From the NCBI GenBank assembly GCA_034428515.1, contig DAOUHQ010000015.1, forward strand, positions 144,660 to 208,659: 64,000 nucleotides of DNA, given 5' to 3'. Made by a program: the position numbers and the translations under genes. The notes beneath the pieces were generated by a model. The model worked only from the letters and a program-made list of their open reading frames with translations, was not told the origin of the DNA and ran no database searches. Below are positions 10,313 to 19,487 of the stretch, piece after piece (position 1 is the stretch's first letter; every line of letters begins with the position of its first letter). This DNA comes from Dehalococcoidia bacterium (GTDB taxonomy: Bacteria; Chloroflexota; Dehalococcoidia; UBA6926).

Positions 10313-11434
10313 ATGGCATACTTCTTGAATCTTTTTAGCCCCGAAACGTGGCGTGCCTTTAGGGACACCGGGGCTTCAATGACCGGGTTCAGACTCAGGC
10401 ACTTGGGCTTTGCAGAACAGAACGTCCAGATAGGGGACATCTTCGTCTGTTACTTGACAAGGGTTTCTCGATGGTGCGGAATTTTGGAGGTTGAAACGAC
10501 TGCTACCGAAGATGATAGTTACTGGCATGAGGACCTCGATATATTCCCGGTTCGATTCAGGGTGAAACCTTTAGTTGTATTAGATCCTGAAAAAGCGATA
10601 CCAGTCTACGACGACAGTGTGTGGGAAAGACTTAGCTTCACTCGAAATTACCAAAGAGGTACGAAGACGTGGACGGGTTTCTTCAGGACATCCCTAAATG
10701 AAATCAATGAGCAGGATGGAGGGTTCCTCGCCGATCTGCTTAGGCAACAGCAGGAGGAGGCAATGGCCTACCCGCTTTCTCTAAAGGAAAGCCGGCAACT
10801 CACGGCCAAAAACCGCGTTCGAACACCTGATAGGGTAGTAGAAGTCGAGGTTCCTGACGACGATGATGAAGACTTGCTTGGAGAACGTCCTGCTCCAGCC
10901 TCCATACAAGATCATCGCACTTCAATCAAGTATCAGGCGAAAGTAGCCGAGATTGGCGCTAAGATGGGTTTCCGTATTTGGGTTCCAAGGCACGACAAGG
11001 CTCGTGTATTGGAACACGTTTCAGAATCTTTCCATTCCGAGTTTCTAGATATACTTCCTCTAAACTACGACGACACAACACTAAGGACGATTGAACAGAT
11101 TGACGTTCTCTGGCTCAAGGGACGCTCAATGGCTAGGGCATTTGAGATAGAACACACTACAGCAATCTACTCAGGGCTACTACGTATGGCTGATCTATTG
11201 GCCCTGCAGCCAAACATGGACATCCGTTTACATATCGTAGCTCCGCTCGAAAGGAGAGACCGCGTCATTAGTGAATTGCGTCGCCCGGTTTTCTCGCTAT
11301 TGGAAAGAGGGCCTCTATACGAACAATGTTCCTACTTGTCTTATGATTCGATAGACGACGTGGGTGGTGCCGAGCATTTAAGCCACATGAGCCAAACGAT
11401 TCTGGATGAGTATGCCGAAACTACTGAAGTGTAG
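10313..11434 (+). CDS. PUA/EVE-like domain fused to a restriction-endonuclease-fold nuclease (putative modification-dependent endonuclease)
   Basis: The N-terminus matches EVE/PUA-like architecture (MAYFLNLFSPETW...IGDIFVCYLTRVSRWCGILEV...VRFRVKPLVVL). The C-terminus carries an REase/Vsr-like catalytic core (IDVLWLKG...AFEIEHTT). The gene is AT-rich relative to its surroundings. The ORF opens at 10277, but the ATG at 10313 with a GAGGAA RBS fits an EVE domain start. Confidence 0.6.
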   Translation: MAYFLNLFSPETWRAFRDTGASMTGFRLRHLGFAEQNVQIGDIFVCYLTRVSRWCGILEVETTATEDDSYWHEDLDIFPVRFRVKPLVVLDPEKAIPVYDDSVWERLSFTRNYQRGTKTWTGFFRTSLNEINEQDGGFLADLLRQQQEEAMAYPLSLKESRQLTAKNRVRTPDRVVEVEVPDDDDEDLLGERPAPASIQDHRTSIKYQAKVAEIGAKMGFRIWVPRHDKARVLEHVSESFHSEFLDILPLNYDDTTLRTIEQIDVLWLKGRSMARAFEIEHTTAIYSGLLRMADLLALQPNMDIRLHIVAPLERRDRVISELRRPVFSLLERGPLYEQCSYLSYDSIDDVGGAEHLSHMSQTILDEYAETTEV

Positions 11435-11449
11435 CTCGGGTACATTACG

Positions 11450-12250
11450 CTAACTCACCTTAATCCCCATATTCCGCTCCGCCACCGCCTCCCACAACCG
11501 TATCGCCCTCTCTCGTCCTCCCTGCTCTGAGGGATCGATGATCAGCCTGCCGGAGCGCGTGTAGGAGCCGATTGTCTGTAACTCGCTGCGGTTCGGTGCC
11601 CACGTCCAGGGGCGGTCGCGAGCGTCCAGCAGAGTAGACTCCGCCAATTCACGGTCGAGCGGCACGGCGATGGGCAGCCTCAGCGACGCGTCAGGGTCGC
11701 CCTTCCACACCCAGAACTTGTCCAGCGCGCGTGAATGGTACGCCGCCCGGCGTATGTGCGCGTTCGCGCCGAACACTGTGAAATCCCGCCCCGCCGGGTG
11801 CGTCTCAACGTCACGCAGCACGTCCGCAACGCGAAAAAACCCGATCAAGTAGAAACCCGATGGCCCCACAAATCGATCCTCACCGTCATGCCCAACCAGC
11901 CGCGCCAGGAACACGATGTAGTCGCCGGGACCGCACGGCTTCAGTCCAGCGCCGCGCCCAGTTCTCCGAGGATCATCGCCATAGGTGAACGTGCGGAACT
12001 CCGGGTCGTCATGCAGGCGGTCATTCCACCGCGAGACCGGCGCATAGTCGGCGAGTGTCTTGTCGGGGTCGTTATATGCGGCAAGCTTGGGATACGCCGG
12101 CAGCGTCGGCGACCACAGCCTCCTCTCCTCCGGGATGGGCAAGAACTCAAACGTGCCGTCGGGAAAGACAGGGCTGCGGAGCGCGCCATGAGAGGCGTTC
12201 ACTCCCACATTGACCATGAAGATACGGGCGGTGGGATCGACAGAGACCAA
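11450..12250 (-). CDS. conserved hypothetical protein
   Basis: 266-aa ORF with host-like GC and no recognised motif; convergent with the EVE-nuclease gene. Confidence 0.55.
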   Translation of the reverse strand: MVSVDPTARIFMVNVGVNASHGALRSPVFPDGTFEFLPIPEERRLWSPTLPAYPKLAAYNDPDKTLADYAPVSRWNDRLHDDPEFRTFTYGDDPRRTGRGAGLKPCGPGDYIVFLARLVGHDGEDRFVGPSGFYLIGFFRVADVLRDVETHPAGRDFTVFGANAHIRRAAYHSRALDKFWVWKGDPDASLRLPIAVPLDRELAESTLLDARDRPWTWAPNRSELQTIGSYTRSGRLIIDPSEQGGRERAIRLWEAVAERNMGIKVS

Positions 12251-12300
12251 TTCCTGCTCCGGTCAGCGGTTGGGTGTCAGCGCGGCATAGATAGAGATTC

Positions 12301-13473
12301 GTGCAACAATCACGTATGAATCGTAGCAGTCACTCCGAGGCTCTGGCTCAGGCCGTCAAGGATGCTGCCAAGCAGGCAGGCTTTGACGTCGTTGGCATTG
12401 CGTCCACGGATGTGTTCCATGAGCGCGGAGAGACGGCGAAAGAACGCGTCGGCGAGGGACTCATGGACGGCCTGCCCTGGTACACGGAGGAGCGCGTGGA
12501 CCGTGGCATGGATCCGTCCACCATGCTGCCCGGCGCCCGCTCCATCATCTCCCTCGCGCTCAGCCACCACCATGAGGGCAACGCCGAGGTGCCGGACAGC
12601 GCGCCCCGTGGCCGCATAGCCCGCTACGCGTGGGGCGAGGATTATCACCGTATCTTTGCCCGCAAGGTGCGAGCATTCATCGAGTCACTGCCCGCGATTA
12701 CCGGCGTAGAGGACATCGGCACGCGCTGGTACACGGACACGGGCCCGATGCTCGACCGCGCCGTGGCGGAGCGGGCTGGCGTGGGCTGGTTCGGCAAGAA
12801 CACCAACATCTTGACCTCGCAGGGATCATGGATGCTGTTGGCGCAGATCATCACGACGCTCGATCTCGTGCCGGATGAACCGCTCAAGAAGACGTGCGGG
12901 GCGTGCAACATCTGTGTCGATGCATGCCCAACCGGAGCAATCGTCGCTCCCTATGTGCTCGACAACCGCAAGTGCATCTCCTATCTCACCATCGAGAATC
13001 GCGGCCCGATACCTCGCGAACTGCGACCACTCATCGGCGACTGGATTTTCGGCTGCGACATATGCCAGGACGTCTGCCCCGTCAACCGCAAGGCGCAGGT
13101 TGGAAAGGCGTATGCGGAACTAACACGCGACGCGGACAACCGCGCCCGCCCGGAGCTCGTAGAACTGCTGGAACTGGATAACGACGGCTTCCGCGAGCGA
13201 TTCAGGCAGAGCGCCGTGCTGCGCGCAAAACCGGCGGGCATGCGCCGAAACGTTTGTATCGCCCTCGGCAACATCGCCGATCCCGCCACAGTGCCCCCAC
13301 TAGCCCGCGTCCTGAGAGAAGACTCATCCCCCATAGTCCGGGGCCACGCCGCATGGGCGTTGGGGCGAATCGGGACTGAGGAGGCCATAGCAGCCCTCAG
13401 AGAGGTGACTGAGGGAGAGACGGACGCCGGAGTCCAGGGCGAAATCGAGTGGGCACTGGCAGATTGCTCTTAG
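12301..13473 (+). CDS. queG: tRNA epoxyqueuosine reductase QueG
   Basis: Two 4Fe-4S ferredoxin motifs (CGACNICVDACPTGAI; CDICQDVCPVN) and a C-terminal HEAT-like repeat (HAAWALGRIG). Confidence 0.85.
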   Translation: MQQSRMNRSSHSEALAQAVKDAAKQAGFDVVGIASTDVFHERGETAKERVGEGLMDGLPWYTEERVDRGMDPSTMLPGARSIISLALSHHHEGNAEVPDSAPRGRIARYAWGEDYHRIFARKVRAFIESLPAITGVEDIGTRWYTDTGPMLDRAVAERAGVGWFGKNTNILTSQGSWMLLAQIITTLDLVPDEPLKKTCGACNICVDACPTGAIVAPYVLDNRKCISYLTIENRGPIPRELRPLIGDWIFGCDICQDVCPVNRKAQVGKAYAELTRDADNRARPELVELLELDNDGFRERFRQSAVLRAKPAGMRRNVCIALGNIADPATVPPLARVLREDSSPIVRGHAAWALGRIGTEEAIAALREVTEGETDAGVQGEIEWALADCS

Positions 13474-13540
13474 CTGCTGAGCAGCCTGTGCTGCCAAATT
13501 GTGTAACGACAGAAGTGTAGTTATAGTTGTGTTGTGACAA

Positions 13541-13843
13541 ATGAACGAGCAGATAGTTTGGTTCTGGGACCCGGTCAAGGATGAAGCGAACTGGCGAAAG
13601 CATAGGGTGGATTTCGATACAGCCCAATTCGTCTTTGACGATCCCATGGCAACGACCATTGAGGACTCATTTCCGAGTGAGACCAGATTCAAGACGACAG
13701 GCATGGTCGGTTGGCACGTATTGGTGGTTGTACATACCGTGTCGGAATTCAGGGCTACGGAAGGATACGCAGTCGGTCGCATAATCAGCGCTCGGCGGGC
13801 TTCGGGACAAGAGCGGAGGAGCTATGAAGAAGAAACACGATAA
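13541..13843 (+). CDS. brnT: BrnT-family ribonuclease toxin (DUF497)
   Basis: WDPVKDEANWRKHRVDFDTAQFVFDDP matches the BrnT signature. AT-rich, overlaps its antitoxin gene by 20 nt. Confidence 0.8.
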   Translation: MNEQIVWFWDPVKDEANWRKHRVDFDTAQFVFDDPMATTIEDSFPSETRFKTTGMVGWHVLVVVHTVSEFRATEGYAVGRIISARRASGQERRSYEEETR

Positions 13844-14126
13844 TCTGCCGCCTGATGTGAAGAAGAAACTGGCCTTACTGGACGATATGTCAGACGAAGA
13901 CATCGACTTTAGCGACATTCCCGAGACTACCGACTGGACAGGTGCCCGGCGGGGCATGTTCTATAAGTACCGCGTCATCAAGAAGCAGGTAACGCTGCGG
14001 TTGGACGCGGGGATCCTGGCATGGTTCAAAGCGCAGTCGGACGATGGCCGCGGCTATCAAACGCGCATCAACGAGGCGCTGCGCGAGCACATCCGCCAAC
14101 AGGTTGAAAAGACCAAATCAGACTAG
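13824..14126 (+). CDS. brnA: BrnA-family antitoxin (RHH/CopG-like)
   Basis: About 100 aa, in the position of brnA downstream of and overlapping brnT (C-terminal RINEALREHIRQQ). Confidence 0.75.
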   Translation: MKKKHDNLPPDVKKKLALLDDMSDEDIDFSDIPETTDWTGARRGMFYKYRVIKKQVTLRLDAGILAWFKAQSDDGRGYQTRINEALREHIRQQVEKTKSD

Positions 14127-14162
14127 GGACAATTTGGCCCGCCAATAACGCGGCGCGGCTCC

Positions 14163-14510
14163 CTATGGCTTCGGGCCGAAAGCGTTGTCGCCGTTGGTGC
14201 CTTCCATGAACCCGCATTCGATGATGATCCAGAAGGGGCCTATCAGCGGGATGAAGTTGACCAGTCCCCACCAGCCGGTCTTGCCTCGGTCATGAAAGCG
14301 CTTGGCGACAACTGCATAGTAGATCCAGATGCTGAGTGGGATGAATAGCAAGTAGACCACTATTGCCAGGATTTCGGCTACCAAGGTGAGCACGGCGACG
14401 GCTATCGCCGCAAGTATGCCGATTGCAATTATCGCCAGAACACCCTTGATCCAGAAGTCTGAACGACCTATTCGCCCGTCGTAGCTAAGTAGCACTGACT
14501 GAATTGGCAT
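14163..14510 (-). CDS. DUF805-family inner membrane protein
   Basis: RIGRSDFWIKGVLAIIAI and YAVVAKRFHDRGKTGWWGL are typical of DUF805/YhaH. GGAGGTG RBS before ATG 14510. Confidence 0.7.
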   Translation of the reverse strand: MPIQSVLLSYDGRIGRSDFWIKGVLAIIAIGILAAIAVAVLTLVAEILAIVVYLLFIPLSIWIYYAVVAKRFHDRGKTGWWGLVNFIPLIGPFWIIIECGFMEGTNGDNAFGPKP

Positions 14511-14579
14511 CTCACACCTCCATGCCGGTTGACCGCCGTTGTCAGGGAATGTCGGTTGGCCCAAGCATAACAGCCACCG

Positions 14580-16148
14580 CTAGTTCCCCGTATACAGCTC
14601 CCCGCCCGGCCTGAAGGACGCATAGCCGAACCAGAACGCCACATGGCCGGAGACGCGTGTGGCGAACTCTCCGTCGGGCCCGCTCAGACCCTCCGGCGTC
14701 ACTTGCCACTCCCCGCCCGCCGCATCAATCAGGCCGCCGTCAGATGCCAACTCGAAAGTCCGGTTCTCACGAAGGAACGCTTGCACGCCTCCACCCGCGT
14801 CCGTCACCACAACGATGGGAACCTCGCTCACGGCGTCATTGAGCACGGTCATCGCTCCCAATCCCTCGAGGATTTCCAGCGGATACGCCTTGCTCTCCCC
14901 ACTGTCCAGGATCGCCACAAACACCTGGTCCTTCGGACGCAGTTGCAGATCGTTCGCCCCGGGGCCGCCCGGGAACATAAGGCTTGGGCTGGAGAAATAG
15001 TCGTAGTAGGCCGCGCCGGGCGTCCCGGGTTTCTCATACGGTCGCTCATGACCCGTATCAAGTGAAAGCACCGTCGTGTCGGGATGTTGACTATTCCACT
15101 CACCCCACGTCGTCAGCGTCACCGGAAGAATCGGCAGTTCAATATCCTCACCGACGAGCTCCCCAACAACGGGAATCCCCGTGAATTGGTTCCATAAGCT
15201 ATTAGTGTCGGCGTCATACATGAGCTTGTTAGATCGATACAGCAGCCCGGACGACCCGAAGATATATGGGTCCTGTCCATCGCCCCGCCGTGTGTCATAC
15301 AGGATGCCGGAGCCGCACAACGTGCAATACGCCAGCGCAAACGGCTGCCCACCCACCACGTCGTTCGTCATCTCGTGCCAGTTCATGATCCGAAGCGGGT
15401 ACGCGCGCGCCTTGCCGTTCAAGAACACGCCGAACACCTGCTCGTCCGCCTCAAGGTAGCGTGCCTCATGAGCCCGAATGACGGCGGGATTGTCCAGCGA
15501 TGGGATGCCATCCACAACGACTCCGCCCCACACAACCTCCTCTAGCCGAATCGTGTGCTCAACTCCGTCCTCCGGCAGGAACTCACGGAACCGTTCATCC
15601 AGCGTCTTGAGAATCTCTCCCTTCCACCAGGGATAGACCGACGGTGGCGCATCGTATTCCGGGTGATCCCCAACCCATTGGAGCCACGGAAAACCGTCCT
15701 GCGCGAAGATATCCTCTCCGGTCAGGTCGCGAAGCGTATCAAGAAGGTGTGTCCTGTAGATCTGCCCATAGGGAAACACGTTCAACATATCAACCAGGAA
15801 CGGCGCATAGCGCGGGTCCCTCGTAAGGCGAATAAGGTCCACGCCCGGCGCGAGGAAGTCCGTAATCGACGATCCTGTCGATACGTCAGGTCGCTGATGA
15901 AGCGCCGCTGTAAGCGACTCTCGGAGCCGCTCGTCATTCAGTGTCGCAACAGTGCTGAACGTCGGCCGCGGCGTTGGCGCCTGCGAGCCCTCAACTGTTG
16001 CCGTTGGTGACGACACAGAGAACGGCGCCCCTTCCGGACGCTCGGGCATTGGGCTGGAAACCGGCGCTGTCTGCTCCCCGCACGCCCCCACAAGACCCGC
16101 CGTCACCGTCAACAGCAGCGCGCTCGTCAGACCAATGAAGCGCCTCAC
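14580..16148 (-). CDS. secreted lipoprotein with two DUF3179-like repeats
   Basis: Lipobox LVGAC; internally duplicated domain (DGIPSLDNPA...AYCTLCGSG and DSGESKAYPLE...). Confidence 0.6.
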   Translation of the reverse strand: MRRFIGLTSALLLTVTAGLVGACGEQTAPVSSPMPERPEGAPFSVSSPTATVEGSQAPTPRPTFSTVATLNDERLRESLTAALHQRPDVSTGSSITDFLAPGVDLIRLTRDPRYAPFLVDMLNVFPYGQIYRTHLLDTLRDLTGEDIFAQDGFPWLQWVGDHPEYDAPPSVYPWWKGEILKTLDERFREFLPEDGVEHTIRLEEVVWGGVVVDGIPSLDNPAVIRAHEARYLEADEQVFGVFLNGKARAYPLRIMNWHEMTNDVVGGQPFALAYCTLCGSGILYDTRRGDGQDPYIFGSSGLLYRSNKLMYDADTNSLWNQFTGIPVVGELVGEDIELPILPVTLTTWGEWNSQHPDTTVLSLDTGHERPYEKPGTPGAAYYDYFSSPSLMFPGGPGANDLQLRPKDQVFVAILDSGESKAYPLEILEGLGAMTVLNDAVSEVPIVVVTDAGGGVQAFLRENRTFELASDGGLIDAAGGEWQVTPEGLSGPDGEFATRVSGHVAFWFGYASFRPGGELYTGN

Positions 16149-16269
16149 GCGCAGCCTACTTCATCTTGACCGTATTCAAGCTGCGCGCGTATCATCGACG
16201 TGCGTGAAACACGCTGCCGGAACCAATCTAATTTCAACGAGGTTTGCACGGGTGAGTTATCTCAACGCG

Positions 16270-16509
16270 ATGTACCGCTTCTTCATTCCGAGCCTTGAAG
16301 CCAAGCTCCGGTTGCTCGCCGCCGATGTGAGCCTCCTTGTCGGCACAATGCTCGTTACCATTCTAATCCGACAATACATGTTCAGTTCACTTGAGGCCGG
16401 CGCGGATGTCGTGACGGGCTTCCTTGTAGGGTTCACTGTCGTCGTCTCGTTCAACTCTATCGTCTATTTCGGCTCGTTGGCAGAGCCGGAGCCTGAGTCC
16501 GAGTCGTAG
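16270..16509 (+). CDS. small hydrophobic protein (about 79 aa)
   Basis: ATG at 16270 lies in the gap after 16148; two predicted TM helices and an acidic tail (EPEPESES). Confidence 0.3.
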   Translation: MYRFFIPSLEAKLRLLAADVSLLVGTMLVTILIRQYMFSSLEAGADVVTGFLVGFTVVVSFNSIVYFGSLAEPEPESES

Positions 16510-16596
16510 GCAATCGCGCGAACCGGCAGATCTACTGCCGCTCGCGGAGCGCTGCGCCACGCGCGCCACGTTAAAACCACTGAGAGGGCTGAATTT

Positions 16597-17541
16597 ATGC
16601 GTGGGGTAGGAGTGATCGGGTTCGGGGGGCCGGAGGTCCTGCAGATTGTTGACCTTCCAGAGGTGCACGCCGGGACCGGCGAGGTGCGTATTCGCGTTCA
16701 CGCCGCCGCGGTAAACCCCACCGACACCGGGCTTCGCAACGGCTCGCGCGCCGCCATGCTGGCCGATGTTCCGCCGCCCTACATTCCCGGCATGGACCTC
16801 GCCGGTATCATCGATGAGGTCGGATCGAGTACTGACACAGACCTCGCCGTGGGCGTCTCGGTCATGGCGATGGTCGTGCCGAATGCCAGCCATGGCGCGT
16901 ACCGTGAGAGCATCGTGCTCGCAGCAGACTCCGTCGTCCCCATCCCGGCAGGAACAACGCACGTCGAGGCATGCACCCTGCCGATGAACGGTCTGACCGC
17001 GCGCCAATCGCTTGACCAGCTCGCACTCCGCCCGGGACAGACCATCGCGGTGACCGGCGCGGCGGGCTGCTACGGCGGGTACGTCGTCCAGCTCGCAAAG
17101 GCTGAAGGGTTGCGCGTCATTGCTGACGCAGCAGAGGCGGACGAACAACTCGTCAGTGATCTCGGTGCTGATGTGGTCGTGCGTCGCGGCGATGATGTCG
17201 CCACGCGCATCCGTGATGCCGCCCCGGACGGCGTCGACGGCATCGCGGACGGGTCAGTACAGTCCGAGCTCGTGGTGGCGGCTGTTCGAGACGGCGGTGG
17301 GTTCGCATCCGTGCGTGGCTGGCGCGGTACGGGTGAGCGTGGCATCGTTTTCCATCGCACGTTAGTGACGAGCTACGACCACCGCGCGGACCTCCTCGGG
17401 CAACTGCGCGAACAGGCAGAAGACGGTACTATCACTCTGCGGGTCGCCGCCACGTATGCACCGGACGAGGCCGCAGCCGCACATGCGCGACTTGAAGCTG
17501 GAGGCACACGCGGGCGTTGCGTAATCGTATTCCCGGCGTAG
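16597..17541 (+). CDS. NADPH:quinone oxidoreductase / zinc-type alcohol dehydrogenase family
   Basis: MDR fold; GEVRIRVHAAAVNPTD; Rossmann motif GAAGCYGG. Confidence 0.85.
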   Translation: MRGVGVIGFGGPEVLQIVDLPEVHAGTGEVRIRVHAAAVNPTDTGLRNGSRAAMLADVPPPYIPGMDLAGIIDEVGSSTDTDLAVGVSVMAMVVPNASHGAYRESIVLAADSVVPIPAGTTHVEACTLPMNGLTARQSLDQLALRPGQTIAVTGAAGCYGGYVVQLAKAEGLRVIADAAEADEQLVSDLGADVVVRRGDDVATRIRDAAPDGVDGIADGSVQSELVVAAVRDGGGFASVRGWRGTGERGIVFHRTLVTSYDHRADLLGQLREQAEDGTITLRVAATYAPDEAAAAHARLEAGGTRGRCVIVFPA

Positions 17542-17610
17542 CCATCGCGAACGCTGGTCGGTATCGCGCCACAATCATCGTTAAGACAAGCCTGCGGGAG
17601 GCCTGAAGAC

Positions 17611-19020
17611 ATGAACATGGCGGCGCGGTCAGGTGGAGCAATGTCACCTCGCGGTGCGCTTGATTCGTCTGGCCACAGCCTCGCCATCTTCACGGCTCTC
17701 TATGAGCTCACCATGTCGCAGGCATGGTGGCAGAGCGGCAACGCTCACGATGCAACATTCAGCCTCTTCATCAGGCGCTTCCCGCCCAATCGATCCTATT
17801 TCGTGCTCGCGGGCGTCCATGACATCCTCGACTATCTGACCGATTTCCGATTCACAGATGCGGACATCGCCTATCTTGGATCACTGGGACGCTTTGACGG
17901 CGGCTTCCTTGAGTTTTTGGCGGATCTGCGGTTCACTGGCAGCGTCCGCGCGATGCGCGAGGGCGAGATCTTCTTCGCTGATGAGCCGGTCATGGAAATA
18001 TCCGGGCCCGTCATCGAGTGCCAGATTCTCGAGAACTACGTCATCAACCGCATCAGCCTGCAGACCATGCTTGCCACCAAGGCCGCCCGCGTGATGCACG
18101 CCGCCCGCGGCCGCCCGGTCACGTACTACGGTTCACGTCGCGCTCCGGGCATTGATGCTGCCGGACAGATGGCACGCGTTGGCTCCCTGACCGGCTTCGC
18201 CGGCACTGGCAACGTCCTCGCCGCCGCCCAACACGGCATCAGCCCCATGGGCACTATGGCCCACTCCTTTGTAGGGTCCTTCCCCACGGAGCTTGATGCC
18301 TTCCGCGCCTTTGCACGCTCCTTCCCGGACGCCTCAACGTTCCTGATCGACACCTACGACCCCATCGAAGGCGCGCGCAACGCCATCACCGTCGCGCTTG
18401 AGATGAAAGAAGTCGGTCACCGATTGGGCGCGGTGCGACTCGACAGCGGCGACCTGCTCAACCTCTCACGCCGTGTGCGCGCCATGTTGGACGGGGCAGG
18501 CTTGGAAGAAGTGGACATCGTCGCAAGCGGCGAACTGGATGAGTTTGTCATCGATAGCCTGTTGCGTGACAGCGCGCCCATCGCCGGATTCGGCGTCGGC
18601 ACGCGCATCGGCTCCTCCGCCGACGCCCCCTGGACGGATTCCGTTTACAAGCTCGTCGAATACGCCGGAGAACCCGTACTCAAGCTCAGCGTCGGCAAGG
18701 AGACCTTGCCGGGCCGCAAACAGATCTACCGATACGCAGACGAGAGCGACGGCTACGCGCGTGACGTGATCGCTATGGCGGATGAGCCGCCGCCGGATGG
18801 TGCCTCCCCGCTGCTGGAAGACATCATGCAAGACGGCCGTGCCCTGCAGCCCCACCCCAAGCTTGACGAGTCCCGTGACCTCTTCCAACGGGGTTTCGCT
18901 GCCCTTCCGGAGGACGTGAAAGCCCTAACCGGCGCAGCAACCTACCCCGTGGATATCTCCTCAGCCCTGGCAGAGCTCCAAACCCGCATGACGGAGGCAG
19001 CGAACCCGGGCAGGAGGTAA
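17611..19020 (+). CDS. pncB: nicotinate phosphoribosyltransferase
   Basis: LYELTMSQAWW, FSLFIRRFPPNRSYFVLAGV, typical NAPRTase length. Confidence 0.85.
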   Translation: MNMAARSGGAMSPRGALDSSGHSLAIFTALYELTMSQAWWQSGNAHDATFSLFIRRFPPNRSYFVLAGVHDILDYLTDFRFTDADIAYLGSLGRFDGGFLEFLADLRFTGSVRAMREGEIFFADEPVMEISGPVIECQILENYVINRISLQTMLATKAARVMHAARGRPVTYYGSRRAPGIDAAGQMARVGSLTGFAGTGNVLAAAQHGISPMGTMAHSFVGSFPTELDAFRAFARSFPDASTFLIDTYDPIEGARNAITVALEMKEVGHRLGAVRLDSGDLLNLSRRVRAMLDGAGLEEVDIVASGELDEFVIDSLLRDSAPIAGFGVGTRIGSSADAPWTDSVYKLVEYAGEPVLKLSVGKETLPGRKQIYRYADESDGYARDVIAMADEPPPDGASPLLEDIMQDGRALQPHPKLDESRDLFQRGFAALPEDVKALTGAATYPVDISSALAELQTRMTEAANPGRR

Positions 19021-19089
19021 GCAGCGGCGGCCCGATACCGTCATTAGCGCCCTATACTGTATGCGTATCGCGCGGGGATTGGAGGATCG

Positions 19090-19446
19090 ATGGGAACGTT
19101 CAATGTAGAGTTTCGTATTGCAAATTCAGCAGGTGGTGAGGAGCGCTCTTTTGAGGGTGCAGTGGATACGGGGGCGAGTTTCTCGTCTGTGCCCAGCAGT
19201 GCCTTGCGTGCGCTCGGCATCGAACCAACGGATTCGGAGCGCTTTGAGCTTGCGGACGGTAATGTCATTCAGCGGGACATCTCTGAGGCGCGTATCTTCG
19301 TCAACGGTCGGAGCGCCACGACAATCGTCGTTTTTGAGGAGGACGGTGTGGAGCCTGTCCTGGGCGCTCTCGCTCTCGAAAGCCTTCGGCTTGTCGTAGA
19401 CCCTTTGAACGCGAGGCTAGCTCCGGTCGAGAGATTGAGGTACTGA
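19090..19446 (+). CDS. retropepsin-like (clan AA) aspartic protease domain protein
   Basis: Active-site motif VDTGASFS; about 118 aa, single domain. Confidence 0.65.
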   Translation: MGTFNVEFRIANSAGGEERSFEGAVDTGASFSSVPSSALRALGIEPTDSERFELADGNVIQRDISEARIFVNGRSATTIVVFEEDGVEPVLGALALESLRLVVDPLNARLAPVERLRY

Positions 19447-19487
19447 CACCACTTCGGCAAAAGGGCACTCGGGGGCCGAGTGAGTGG

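Noticed and set aside
15952-16509. 185-aa plus-strand ORF
   Set aside because: Its 5' two-thirds overlaps the well-supported DUF3179 gene on the other strand. Only the 16270..16509 tail is retained as a possible small membrane protein
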